From positions 20,894,001 through 20,958,000 of the forward strand of contig JBHGNT010000004.1 in the NCBI GenBank assembly GCA_043228905.1: a stretch of DNA of 64,000 nt, in the 5' to 3' direction. Positions 12,237-24,939 of the stretch are shown here, piece after piece. The stretch is from Azolla caroliniana. Lineage: Eukaryota > Plantae > Polypodiophyta. The notes below the pieces were generated by a model. It made no database searches. It was not told where the DNA came from and saw only the letters and a program-made list of their open reading frames with translations. Made by a program: the position numbers and the translations under genes. The stretch's first letter is position 1. Each line of letters begins with the position of its first letter.

Positions 12237-13386
12237 GATTAGAATAGGATATACATTTTCTTGTCCATGATGATGCTAATTTTAACCTATGGATCAAATC
12301 AACATCTCATCTTCTATGTGACTCCATCCTAAGAAGGGGGGTTTGAGTATGTGAAAATAATGCAATGCACATATGTGCTCACCTGTCTTGGTGGAAATTT
12401 GAGTATGATATGCACATTATCATGCCTGTCTAACAAGTCATTATATTTCTAGGGAGTCACCTTATATGTTCAGCATGTGATGAGAGTGAGGCAAAAATGG
12501 CCCAGAAGTCCAAACAAGAGGTTACATCTTAAAATGTTGTCTTGTCTTGTGTTTTTCACACATTTATTAATGCAATTGTATGTTTTCACCAAAAAAAAAG
12601 AGCTTGCCTAAATAATTGCAGCGCAGTTGGTAAGGTTGTGCATTCAACCCTTACATTCCACAGTGGCATCAAGTATATTAAGAAAATATGTGAATGCTTC
12701 GTGATCTTGACACAATCTGGTACATAAACTGATACTGGCAGTGATTCCTGCCTTGCTCTTGGTTGCTTTAGACGACCGCCTTTTAAAAGTATAATGTACA
12801 CTTCCATCATGAAGTGATGGAGGATAGTATGATTAATATATGAATATATGAGTTTAATCAATTCCAGGATCTTGAGGTGGGTAGAAGATGAAACTGAGAA
12901 GATAATCAAGGAAATTAACCCAGTTCCTATACAATTTCTTGTCATCGATTTGTCATGTGAGAGACCTTGTCCTTTTTCAATAAAGTATTGAGTTGATTTA
13001 GAGTGAAATATGAAGCAGAATTCATATAATTTGTAGCTGTGACAAACATCGACACTACGGGCATCCGATCCTTGGAAGATCTCCTGACAAATCTCATCAA
13101 CAGAAAGATTCAGGTAAGCATAAACTGACATTCTTATTGTTGCATGGTTGAGACCTCAACACTGCTGCCTTATGAAAGGATACCACAGCATTGGCAAGTT
13201 AATGATGCATAACTTGCATTTTTTTTACCTCAATGACAGCTTGCATTTGCAAACCCAGGAGGGGGAGTGGCTCAAAAGTTGGAGGATGCAGGGTTTATGG
13301 ACTTGTTGGGAAGGGAGTGGTTCTTCTTCACTGTTGGAGATGCAGTTCAAGTATGCTGCTCCAAGCTTCGACTTCACCCTCTCTAG
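2010..13386 (+). CDS. SULTR: Sulfate transporter, SULTR/SLC26 family with C-terminal STAS domain; 12 exons: 2010-2412, 3306-3573, 3957-4128, 4231-4296, 4712-4825, 4908-5024, 5112-5238, 5502-5788, 8621-8811, 12868-12956, 13037-13113, 13240-13386 (685 aa)
   Basis: Spliced translation gives DLIAGLTIGSLSIPQ, GPVAVVS, LGFVVDYLS..AIVGFMAGAA, EGIAIGRTFA, NKEMIAFG, TGSFSRSAVN, and STAS motifs IRIDAAIFFSNANYLRER and IDTTGI. All introns are GT-AG and exons sum to 2058 nt in frame, ending TAG at 13384-13386. Confidence 0.95.
2454..2752. mobile_element. hAT-like MITE in SULTR intron 1
   Basis: Imperfect TIR GTAGGAATCGACAAC / GTTGCCGATTCCCAC (13/15), internal AACCGG/CCGGTT/GGTTCGGTT subrepeats, and a degenerate flanking direct repeat tagtta. 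Confidence 0.7.
2800..2857 (+). repeat. Short interstitial telomere-like repeats (CCCTAAA) in a 24-bp duplication
   Basis: ggttcctcac.ctaaaccctaaaccct occurs twice. Confidence 0.6.
5900..8525. repeat. Sub-repeat-rich element (taatgggcc..ctagcctaattgactccattaa; ggaataatctttggtctaatggactccattaagg) in two blocks, 5900-6325 and 8300-8525, flanking the nested insertions
   Basis: The two blocks resemble each other directly and also resemble 16740-16880 in SIG1 intron 1. Confidence 0.6.
6326..7790 (+). mobile_element. Internally deleted Ty1/Copia element in SULTR intron 8
   Basis: LTR-like direct repeats (gatggtttga.aaggtg... at ~6343 and ~7714), protease-like ILDTG..CHL, RNase H end NP.H...KYHFIRE, and a purine tract before the 3' LTR. 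Confidence 0.7.
9000..11040 (-). mobile_element. Truncated Ty1/Copia element (LTR end, PBS, gag, protease) in SULTR intron 9
   Basis: Met-tRNA PBS TGGTATCAGC on the minus strand at ~10865-10874; gag KFNGTRFNLWKVRM; protease WIIDS; and VCFVLGIKKSLLSVGQL. Confidence 0.8.
9530..10048 (+). mobile_element. RTEX-like LINE 3' fragment nested in the Copia element
   Basis: TRSHNLGIE...CKVC...EDEYHLLFTC (C-terminal CCHC-type motif), 3' stem-loop, and (TCTA)n tail. Confidence 0.7.
11075..11590 (+). mobile_element. RTE/RTEX LINE ORF fragment next to a (CA)n tract
   Basis: YTYLGVTF, KLWLFDTLVTPTLFYGVETWG and IIRAEMG; internal stop. Confidence 0.75.
11760..12235 (-). mobile_element. Two head-to-tail LINE 3' ends (about 370 bp and about 50 bp) embedded in (GA)n/(GATA)n
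   Basis: Conserved terminal motif ...GRCCTC..AAGACGWTAATA plus microsatellite tail; 11760-12127 is homologous to 30858-31200. Confidence 0.7.
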
Positions 13387-14249
13387 ATCTGTCCAGGCAG
13401 TAGACATCTAAATTAATTTGGACTACCATGCTAATCTAGTAGCCATCCAAATTATATCAAGAAATGTGGACTATGCTTATCTCGGTTTAAGGATTTCATG
13501 TTTAAGCCAACACTCGATGACCTTGTCTAACAACCAGCATTCAACCCATTGGCATTCCAAAATGGTATTGCTGATCCTTTAACAAGTGGAGTGTACATTC
13601 TCTCTCCATTGCTGAAGAGAAGGAGAAATAAATAATCTTTTCCCTCCATTGTGTTTTTGTTTTCCTTTATGTTGGATGAAAAACGTTTTCTCAAGTATTA
13701 AAGAAACAGCGTCATAAATCTCATCTTCTCCCAAGATGGTTGTGTATTACAGGACAATGGTCTACATGCTATCGGATGTCTACGTTATTTGATATATATC
13801 TGCACAGTTTACATGAGCTATGGGTTTTACAATGAATTCCTGAATTAATACAAGTGTTTTTACATTTCCATTAAAACAGACTGATACAAAGAGGAATAAA
13901 GTAAAGAGGATGTCATTTACAAATTTCTACTATTTGTTTTTTAACTCATTGGAACATCTTTTTTCATAATGTGTTTTTGAGAAGGTTTGTGATCTCCCAT
14001 GTAAAGGCAATGACAAAAAGCAATATCAATAATAATAATATGCACAAACATCTCTTACTTGTAGGTATAATATGGTTATACATTTCATAACACTTCTCAA
14101 CTGATGTGCGACCTTTAGATTGATAATCACTAATTAATAGAAGAATGTACAGAGCCTGCCAATTAATTAATGGGATGTATCGTGTGTAAAATAATATAAT
14201 TACAGATGGCCTTCTCACTGTTCAAGTGCACACTGCTGGCATCATATCT

Positions 14250-17200
14250 TCATTTGAGCAGAGGAATATCAAAATCCTTCCTTAAGCCAGTTGCAGAGAG
14301 CTTCCGGAAGGCGCATCCTTCTATTTGACGAGTCCTTTCTCTAGAGATCCCATACCTGAATCAATCACCACAAAACAGCAGCAAAGTTCAGGAAATGTCC
14401 CAGCATTGCCCATTCAGTACACCATATCCAGATGATTTATATGAATAGAACTGATCAGCCAATGATTTATGAGTTAGATCAGCCACAAAATCCTTGCTAC
14501 ATTGTGTTAATGCACTAACCCAATGAGCAATCAGCCCTTTAATTGGCTTCCATGAGAGAGCTGAAACACGAGTTACGTCATCAACTAAATACTTGCTATA
14601 TTACATCAATACAAATTCTTGACGCTACACCACTAAATTTACAATATGCCCCCACCTCATGCAATTACATACTTGGAGCATGTTGTTTATGGTAATCACC
14701 TGTAACTGATTTTATCCAGTGACAGACCACGTCCATCAGGATGGTCCAGTCCATAATGCAACCTCACTATCTCACGTTCTCGCTTGTTTAAATATTTCGC
14801 TAGCAACTTGTCCACATCACCCTGCACATGTGAAAAATTAAGACCACACATTAACATATGGTGGCACATCATGGGTGAACTCCATTGAGCTATAAATCCA
14901 GCACATTTCAATTATATATGAGTATGCGATTTGGACCAAATGTCAGAAACTAGAGAGCTGTTAGAAAACATACCCTCGTGCATAGCTTGTCCACTGCAAT
15001 CCAAGGGTCAGTATCTGCACTAGGATCAGCTATGTACTGCAAAGTTAAGAAAGATGTTTTTCAAGAATTGCAAGAAAATATAGTGTGTAGAAATCTTCCT
15101 TAACATAACAAGATTTACTCTATTTCTCCCCCTCCCCCCCCCCCTTTTTCTCTCTGACCTTACATTGTGCATTGAATCTTCTTCACGGTTTGAAAAACCC
15201 CACCTCTTGCCTTTGTCTAGAGATACTATCTTTTTGGTGGCCTGTAAATTTTAAAGACTGCTTAGCTCTGCAAGATCCTCCATTTTAAAGAATAATCTTT
15301 CGCAAAGAGGTAATTATATTAACAATTTACCTTTAAAGTTAAGGCAACCATTTCATCTGACATCCTTACAGCTTCAGAAAGACTCTGCACAACAAAATCA
15401 CATCACTTACACTAAAGATGTATCGCCCAAATTGCTCGACAACATTCAGACACTAATAGAAGGCAACATTTTCGATTTGAATGTTTTTTGCAGAAAGGTG
15501 AATTGAAATCATATCTCAAAACTGCATGGCAAATGGCATGGTAGCCAATAGCTAAGTTAAGGATTACAGTGGATTTGTATAATCTAGCTTAAATGTTGAT
15601 TTACAAAGCATCCTACTCCGTGTAATAACAACTGCAAAACTTACAGCACCCAAAAAATACAATGGATGTGGCAGCCCAACTATAATTTTTAGTTTGATTT
15701 CAGAAGATGTGCATACTTCTGTGATTCCTGCCTCTTCGAAGCACTGATGCGTAAATTTCATGATGCATTTCAGACATTATAACTAGATCTACATTAATCA
15801 CTCCAGATTTGTTTCAGAACCGCTCAATTCTCTCGATTCATACATTTCATAGGATGGACACATCAAGTTTGAACGATGGCTTCTATTATAATTTCATAGC
15901 TTATTATTTCATCATATACTGATAGAACATCATGTTTCTTGAAGAATTCCATTTCAAGCAAAAAACATTGCCTTCCGGGATGAGCATTACCTTTACAGAA
16001 ACCATTTCACCGTCCAACCTTAAATCAATTGCAGCTTTGTTGATAGCATTCAATCTTTCATGCATATGTGCAGGCAATCTGATAGTCCTAGAATGATTGG
16101 CTAAAGCTCGTGTTATGCCCTGGAGCAAAGACAAGTGAATCAACAATCAAAACCAAGAATAAGAAGACATCAATGATTTCAACACATGCATTGCATACCT
16201 GTCGAATCCACCAATGCACATAAGTTGAAAGCTTGAAGCCTTTCTTGTAATTAAACTTTTCGAGGCCTCGGAGGAGGCCAAGAGCACCTTCCTAGGATTT
16301 TCATCAAAGAAGTAACTTTGCGTTCTGAGGCTTATAAACAAAAGATATGCCAAGTTCAACAAAATTCTTGCTATGCATGTAGTACCTGAATAAGGTCAGA
16401 CAGGGTAACTCCAAGGCTTGTGTATTTGTTTGCAACTGAAAATACCAATCGCAAATTTGAAACAAACATTTGATCTCGTGCTCGTTCGGCATCCAATATC
16501 CGTGACTGCACTTGTGAGACTGAAAGGCTTACACTAGAAGCCCACATTTCATCTGAAGGTTCGCATCCAAGAACATTGATGAGCCTGCACTACCAAAGCC
16601 GGGATGAGGCATGCCAGAAATTGAGAATAATACCAACTAGGGCAGCTAGTTCTTTATATACCAATAAGACTTACAGCTATGTTCACATTATCAGCATGCC
16701 CTTGCTACAACCAGCAAGGGACAAGAGGAGAATGTCTGTACCATAGTCATCTAGATTACATCTGATCTCGTGGTCATCCAAGGATTAATGGGCCTAACTA
16801 TATGCTAATTGACTCCATTAATGTACCCTTCATGAAAGGGCTAATGGGCTATTTCTAGCCTAATTGACTCCGTTAACATAAACTTCAAGAAAAGGACGTG
16901 TATGCTCGTGAAATGCATCAATTGAGAAACAGATTGAAAACTGAAGACTGCAGGGAACTTACTTTCTTCTGGCTGTTTTAAGGTTCTGGCCCACCTTCAT
17001 CTTCTTTGCCAACATGACTTCCTCTTCTTTAGTCAGCAATTCTCTCTTCCCTTTTAGTCCAAGTGTTGTCACTGTAGCAAGAGCCTCGTCAATTCTTGAA
17101 ATTTTCTTTTTTCCACGTTTGCTTGAATCTATAGCCGAACCAGGAGTTTTTGGTCCCTTCTTTGCACTAGAATTATATACAAAAGAAATAACCTTTTCTT

Positions 17201-17768
17201 CTTCAGAAGATTTCTTCTCTTCTTCTGATTTCATATATTTTCTCTTAGAATTCCGCGAATTGATTCGTCTTTCTCTTGCCGATGGTCTTCGAGATACAAC
17301 AGAATCATCTTGATTCGATAGTAATTCATCTTTGGGGAGCAGATACTTATCTTGATCAGAAGTTAAGGTCCATTGGGTCTCTAGAAGAGATCTCTGAAGC
17401 TCGGTAAGGAGCATTTCAACCTCAGACCATGACTTCCGTGGAAGTTCTATGAGCTGTTGATCTCGGTGTATAGAAGCATGAGTTCTCGCAGAGGCAGCTG
17501 GATGCTCTCTGAGAGCTCTAGAAGGAACTGAGGAGGAGGTTGATGATGATGAAGAAGAAGATGAGGATGAGGATGAGGATGAAGATGAAGAAAAAGAGGA
17601 AGAGGAAGAGGATATAGACCTGTTTTGAATTAGGAATGTGAATCTATGGTGATGCAGTAGTGGTCTCTGATCCTGAGAGAGCTGAAGCAGCTGTTTCTCT
17701 TGTGGATCAAAGCTGAAGACAGATGAACGAAGGAGGTGGTGATGGGGATGGAAACTAGTGGACACCAT
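14250..17768 (-). CDS. SIG1: Nuclear-encoded plastid RNA polymerase sigma-70 factor, most like SIG1/SIGA; 9 exons: 17768-16963, 16584-16386, 16291-16199, 16119-15991, 15384-15331, 15241-15164, 15036-14974, 14821-14700, 14355-14250 (549 aa)
   Basis: Region 1.2 [13 protein letters not shown]; region 2 [46 protein letters not shown]; region 3 [13 protein letters not shown]; region 4 [22 protein letters not shown]. The N-terminus is Ser-rich and transit-like. GCEPSDE and YIAD..DPW resemble SIG1, so the clade call is less certain than the family call. Confidence 0.92.
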
Positions 17769-18569
17769 TGATGAGATGGTGAAGAAGAAGAAGAAGAAAT
17801 GCTTAGTACTCGGACCATTAATTCATGAGGGAGAGAAGGGGTCTCTGTTTCTCTCTGGTTCTGGTTCTTTAGTATGTGCAGTGTATATTGTCTTCTTCTT
17901 TCTTCTTCTTCTTTCTTCTTCTTCAGGGTTTTCACAATTATGTATGTATGTATGTATGTATGTATGTGTGTGTGTGTATCATAATCAGTCATTCATATAT
18001 CCCTGCATTTCTATTGGGTGCTCAATCCTTTCCATTAGCCACCCTTGGATCATTATCTTCTACCCCCCCACCCTTAGTTAGAGGGCTTTCCCACCAAGAC
18101 AAGCTCCCCGCCACACGCGTCTCCTTCCCACACACACACGCGTGCGTCTCGTCTCCTCTCCTCTCCTCAGGCTTGCGGATCCTGACCTACCTATGCCCCG
18201 CTCCCCGCTCCCCGTGGGACGAACACTCAAACCCCTCCCTCCTCTTTCCGCCTCTCGGAGACAATGACCCCCACCCTCCCCACCTTTTACTACCTGCGAG
18301 GATCCTCTTTTGTTCCTTCTTCGACACTATCGAGTATCCTACAAAGAAGGTTTTAACGGTATACATGGTCTTCGCGTTTATATCAATTAAGAAAGGTGCC
18401 GCCTTTGTGCCTAGCTCCCACCAAAAAAAAGATGGTCACACTTCCTCGCGGTATCATTCGGTGCCTTTCCTAAACAGAGATGGGCACCTATCACCCTCAT
18501 ATTGCGCCTAAATGAGGAGGTTGCCGCGTTAGGTCAATGATATGAATTAACATTAACTTCATCTTAGAT

Positions 18570-21500
18570 TGTTGTGAGGGATCGGGCAAGTGTGCAAGAG
18601 ATGCACGAGAGAACCTCACAATGTATATCTAACGAGATCTTCTAGGCTACCCAAGTGAACTAACTAATCAAGTACCTCTCTCAAATAATAAAGACAATGG
18701 AAAGATTTACTGAATGGATTAATTGATTCCCACTTCATCACTCAAACTTTAGGGAAACACAATAAATGAAACACAAGCATTAACCACCGATATCTCTTTA
18801 TTTCCATTAACCACGCTTACAAAAAAAATCAAGGGCTTAAGGTGGAAGCTTACGACTCAAACTTGAACACAAAAGAGTTTAGCTAAGATTAGGCCTAAAG
18901 GGAACACGAGACGTTAAGAGGAGAACCGTAGCTTAAAGGTAGACTCAAAAATGAAGAAGAAGTAGAATAGAACTCATATTTTCATTTTTAAGCTTCTTTT
19001 ACATTTCACTATCTAGAACTATGTCCCTTTTCACATTTAAGGACTTTGGCTCTTAACATTGCTCTACTAGACCTTTGTCTCTTTTTCCCATAGATCAAAG
19101 TCGGCCTCCCGTGGACATTAAAAATGTATCTAGATCTATCTTGTTCTTTTCTTCTTTTCATCAAATCGTTATGGGGGGCAAGGGACCTACCTAGATCTAT
19201 CTCCACCTTCTATAACATTTATGACCATCAAGAATGAGCAACATTCTAGGAGTTAATCACGACAATAGCAATTGTAAGACTAATATGTTGCATATAAAAA
19301 TGCATGTTGATGCTTGCAAGACTAGTTGGTTGTATACAAAGATGCACATCGATGCTTGTTAGACTAGTTGGTGGCAAACAAATATTCACAACAATGCCTT
19401 CAAGACTAACAATTGCATTCGAAGATGGATGCCCAATTTCAGCTATAAACCACAAATCAACCACAATCTATTATGGCTCTTTTAGGCTATCTTCACTCAA
19501 CAATAGTAGACTAAGGCTTTGACACTCAGTAAGAGATGTCATTATAATATCATCGTCGATATCCATACCTCTGATTATGTCATCACCAACAAGCCATTGT
19601 TGCCATGGAACTTCCAATTGCTAAGGAGTATGTAGCCACCATTGGGTTGTCGTGTGGTTGTTGCCATGGGGCCATTGCCACCTATAGGCCAGTCACCCAA
19701 CACCTAGAAAGGAAAATAGGGGACGACTCAATAGAGTGGTTGTTTGCATATGATTATGTAAGTAAAACTATATTTTGATTAAGTCATTAATTGTATTGCT
19801 ATGTAGACTAAGTCTTTAATAAGTCAATCATAACTTATATCGTCTTTTCGATGTTTTTGTAAAACTGATTGTTATTATGGTGTATTTCTCAAGAACCACA
19901 TTGAGGTTGGTGTGCGAGGTCATATCTCAATTTTATATATTGTAAAAGAGTGGTCTATTATCAAATTGAACCATTGTGTATGTGGGCTTTTGCCTTTGGT
20001 TCCACCATCTTGAGGTTACCCCACTTCTACCAACGATTTAAAATATTGACTCTTGCCCTAGTTTCGAGTATATTTGAGAGTGGTGATAGTTTGGAACTAT
20101 TGTGATAATCCTTGAAAGGTATAGAAACCAATTCCTCTAATCACCCTTCCTCCAAGAACATTATATGTGGAGTTGCCATTATGTTCCCCATGTCTAGCAT
20201 GATGGTCACCATGGTTGATCTAGTTGCAAGACTTCTTCTATTGGGAGGTCTACTAGCCTAAATAGGATTGAATCAAAGGGTTGTATTCTTGATAATGGGG
20301 AGTCTGACCATGCTACATATTTCCTTTAATGACAATGACACCTAAGGTTGTTCGATTTGTTGAAACAAATCCACATTAACATTTGGGGTTGTAGGTATTT
20401 GTTACTATCAATGTGTAACATCTATTTTGGCATGCGCCTCGTTTGTGTGTACCTCGTGCAACAAGGGGTTATATGAGGGGAAATCAATAGCGATTTTCCA
20501 ACTACACATGGAAGCATGGTTTTCCTTACCTTGGCTATTCTTCTAGAATAAGGTGAGCATAATTTCATATATTGGATTATTTCTGCATGAGGATTTGGAT
20601 TAGCCTAGGACTATGTTTGCCGGTGTTTCATTTTTTTGGAGTTAATTCTCCGCCGCCATACTAGGAATTGACAATGGATGTCATATGCCTAAAAGATTTC
20701 TATACTTTTGTGAGGATTTTTCTTCCTCTTCCTCTAAAATATTGTTTCAATGCTTGCTTGTGTCATTCTATTTTTTTTTAATGATGTGTTGCGCTCTCAA
20801 ATTGAATGTCTACCTACTTGAAACGATACAATAGAAAGCATATTAACACTTGCCTTCCGTTCCTCTATGGGGAAATCAAGTAGTAAGTATTCATTGTGAT
20901 TTGGCTCATTCGCTAGGTTAATGTTGTGCTTCTTCCTTGACTAGGTGGATGACCAATGAACTTGTCTAATATGCGTAACTTCTAGGGCGCCCGAGCTAAA
21001 GTTAGCTTTTGGGACTTGCATTTATTCCATGTGGTGCATTCCTACCATTGTGAAGTAGCGACTCACTTCTGCCCTTTTTACTTATATTTTCTTCATCAAC
21101 CTCTTCATTCCTCTAAAATTTATCTTTATTGGCAATTGAGTCTTAGATTATGTTATTCTTTGGAGCTGCTCAATGATCAACACAATCATGTCACACATGC
21201 TCCATACTATAGCACCACGTACACCATAGTGTATAGTTTGGGGATGGCCTTGAATTCTCCTTCCATAGAGGCTTGCATTTTGCAATATTTCTCCAAGTCT
21301 TTAGCCAATGTTTCTATTATCAACAAGTCGATATACTTTTTTATTTGCCTTTTCGATACCCTTTGCCTCAACAACTATTTGATCAACTTAGACCGCTTGC
21401 CTCTACCTCTCCCTAAGTGTCAATGTTTTACCGGTTCACTTCTAGGGCTGGTTAGGCATTACTCTTTACTTTATTGGCTTTGTTGCAATCCATCATTTAA

Positions 21501-21960
21501 GAACTTCGATTGTTTCACAGTTTTTGTTTACAACACAAACACTCGCAAGTTCACCATAGTGTTAGCTCACTCACACTCAACACTCATCAACACAAACACT
21601 ACTCGTGGATCCTTCCTCTCTCATACACATTTAACTAAAACAATGTGTAATACGTTGAGAACAAGATAGGAAGGAATAAAGAAAGAAGGCATAATACATA
21701 TAGCAATTACAATGTTTTAAATCAAGAGAAGAGATATCTTTTATGGTTGCAATGGTCGATCGATCTATTTATATATTCCTTTATGGCGCAACCATCCTCT
21801 CTACCTCCAACATCGTGATAGCACGATCGCATGAGAGTGTCAAGCATGTCAGGACAAGCCTCGGGGAGGGAGTGTGAAGCATGTCCGGACAAGCTTCGGC
21901 ACACTGCATTAGGCAACGATGAAGGAGGCAGAAGTGTAATGGTGTTAGTTTATAGTCTAG
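18570..21960. mobile_element. Degenerate retroelement block between SIG1 and the PPR gene (LTR-like pieces and decayed coding sequence)
   Basis: TG-starting LTR-like segments at ~18570 and ~21645, stop-riddled coding-like sequence, and no intact gene; family not resolved. Confidence 0.35.
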
Positions 21961-21987
21961 TCTCTCTTGGACATGCTTCTCATTGAC

Positions 21988-22239
21988 ATAGTACGTAATA
22001 TACTCGAATGCATTAGCAAACGTTATTGTTTACACGAATGAAAAAACGAATGCGTATGTTTAGCAAAACATTCTTATGTTTTTTTTAAAACACTTTTTAC
22101 CGTGACTTTCTTAACTTAAAAAAAAATTATCTTATAATAAATAATGAATACAAAAAGTATGATATTTACCATACTTCGAGGGTGTTTACCATATTCGAAT
22201 GATTGAAACATTCGCGAATGCGTATGGTTCATACTATGC
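21988..22239. mobile_element. hAT-type MITE immediately upstream of the PPR gene
   Basis: TIR CATAGTA...TACTATG; an inverted homologue of 41938-42224. Confidence 0.75.
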
Positions 22240-22373
22240 TTCTCAAAACACACACACAAAATAAACACCAAAAATCTTGATCCTAACAGAACTCTGAACA
22301 CACACACAGACACGCACACTCTGTTTCTGCTTCCATCGTTTTTTTCCTTCTGCTTGGAAGATCAAAATTGGGT

Positions 22374-24939
22374 ATGCAGAGCTCGGACGCCACACGATGG
22401 GGCCTCGCCGCGCCTGCCGCAGCCGCCATCGCCGCCCCTCCCTTGCTCCCTCGCCACTCTGCTCGCCTCTTCCTTGACTCCATGTGTTCCTGGAAACGCA
22501 GGAGAATGAAGGTATGGAACCTAGCCTTTTACCTTTTTGTTTTTTGCTCTCCCTTTTCTCGTTGTTTTCTTCCTTCATCACATCCTCTCTGCACAGGCGG
22601 AAGAGCCTGTGTATGGCAAATTCAAGCGCCGGGGCTACCTCTTCCATGGAGCTCACAGATCTTCCTGCCCGGAGGTTATGGAGTATGAAGAGGTGGTGGT
22701 GATGAAAGACTGTGAATTGAATTCCATGAGCCATCTTGTGTTGAAGGAACCAACCTTTTCCCTTCTTGCTCATCATGCAGAACTAGAGGAGGATGAGTCA
22801 GCTGACGCCAGTGACAAGCAGATGGTGTGGTGCGAGAATATCATGAACACGAGCCTTCCTTCTGTTGCCGAGAAATATGATCATTTAGAACTATGTAGCA
22901 ATGAAGAAATAGTTGTGAAAGATGAAATATTTTCGAGCGGTATGAACATGCATGGAGTTTTCAGAGTCGAGAACTCTCAACGTGATGTGATCAGAGAAGA
23001 CAAATATGGCGTAGATGTAAAAACAGAAGAGAATGTTGAGAAGAAGATAAACGGGGGAACTAGTATTCGAAGGGGAAATAGTAATCAAGTGATGCTTGAT
23101 CAAAAAAGTATGCCGTACGAAGTGGAGGCTTCTATATTTGAGCCTCCATACTATAGTGGGTGGGAAGAACTAAGTATAGAAGAGATGGTAGAACAAATGG
23201 ATGGAGTGTATTCTGCAGAGAAATATGTAGAGAAATGCATCTGTCTCTTGCAAACGTGCAGAAGGAATAAGTGTTTCACCACTGCTTCACATGTATATAC
23301 TCATATTTGCAACAATGGATTGGAAGCTCATGGACTTTTTGGAAGCTATCTTGTGTCCATGTTTCTAGAATGTGGTAGTTTGTCCATGGCACAGCTTGTA
23401 TTCAACAAGGCATCTTACCATAATGAATATGCGTGGACATGTCTTATCCAGGGCTATATTGGAGAAGGAGATCCAGAGCATAGTCTGAGTTTGTTTTGGA
23501 GAATGCTAGAAACTCGAATCCGACCTAGCAAATACACATATGTGGCTGTTCTAACTATTTGTGCTAGACTAAAATGTATAGAAAGGGGCTTTCAAATACA
23601 TGCAGCGATCGTCCAGGATGGTTTTGATGAAGAGTTGTTTGTTGCTCGATCTATTGTAGATTTCTATGCTAAGTGTGGTTTACTTTCAGAAGCACAAATG
23701 CTGTTTGATGATTTGTCGAGTCATGACAGTTATTTTTTTAATTCTATTGATGCAAGGAATATTGATCCAGAAATGGATAAGACATCAGTTGAGTATTCAG
23801 TAAACATGCAAGAAGGAGGGCTACCTAGAAGTGCTGCCATATTTGTTTATAATCTCAAAGCTTGTTGTAGCGTTAGGGACTTACAGTCTGGTCATGAACT
23901 GCACATTCAGATTCTGAAAGAGGGATTTGATGTATATACTACTGTCTGCAACACATTGATTGATATGTATGCTAAATGTGGTTCAATATATGAAGCTTTT
24001 CGGGTACTTTTGAAGATGTCAAATCGAGATGTCATCTCATGGACTTCCCTAATCATGGGGTGTGTTGAATATGGGCTAGTTGCAGATGCATTGAAGTGTT
24101 TAGAAAGGATGCAAGAGGATAACGTGTGCCCTAATTCGTTCACATATGTTTCTTGCCTGAAAGCTTGTGGAATCATTCAAGCACTTGACATCGGTCGTCG
24201 ATTACATGTTCAAATAATGAAAGTGGGATGCTACATGGATTTTGTTGTTTGTAACTCTTTGATTGATATGTATGCCAAATGTGCATCTCTTGAAGAAGCA
24301 CAAAATGTTTTTGATAAGCTCGCCATCCAAGACATAATAGGCTGGACCTCACTAATTGCTGGTTATGCTGAGCATGGCCCTCATGAGAAAGCAATAGAAT
24401 GCTTTCGACAAATGAGAGTGGAGGGCGTGACTCCGAATGCTGTCACATTTGTTTGTTGTTTAAAAGCTTCAGCCAGTATGCGAGACTTGGAAATGGGTCA
24501 AAATTTGCACAAAGACCTCGTTGAAGATGGGCTTGAAGGGTATAAGATTGTAGGCAATGCGCTTTTGAGTATGTATGCTAGAGTTGGCTTGTATGAAGAA
24601 GCAAGGTCAGTGTTGTATGAGCTACCAGGTCGGGATGTCATTTCGTGGACGGCTCTTATTTGTGAGTATGCGGAAGATGGTCTCGGTGAAGAAGCATTGA
24701 ATACTTTGGAAGAGATGCTTAATGAAGGATTTTCTCCAAACTCAGTCACATACATGTGCTGCTTGAAGGCATGCGGTAGTATCGGAGCCTTGAAAAGGGG
24801 CCGGAGGTTACACATGGATATTATTAAGAGTGGACTTGAAAATAACTCTTATATTCGCAATGCATTGGTTGACATGTATGCTGAATGTGGTCAACCTCTT
24901 GAACTTGATGACCATCCACATGATCTAAACTCCTTTTGA
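22374..24939 (+). CDS. PLS-class pentatricopeptide repeat protein with a long N-terminal extension and no E/DYW domain; exons 22374-22511 and 22597-24939
   Basis: Repeated MYAKCG / DVISWTSLI.G / PN..TYV..LKAC / G..LH..I motifs. An 85-nt GT-AG intron (22512-22596) joins an Ala/Arg-rich targeting-like exon in frame to the 800-aa ORF. Confidence 0.9.

Noticed and set aside
16120-16960. Apparent absence of sigma region 2 in the ORF track
   Set aside because: Region 2.1-2.4 is present as two exons (16584-16386 and 16291-16199) whose coding frame the track did not report.
17876-18511. 211-aa ORF divergent from SIG1
   Set aside because: It has a non-ATG start, runs through microsatellites and GC-rich promoter-like DNA, and shows no recognisable domain.
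21016-21669. 217-aa ORF
   Set aside because: TTG start, no motif, and it lies within a degenerate retroelement block.
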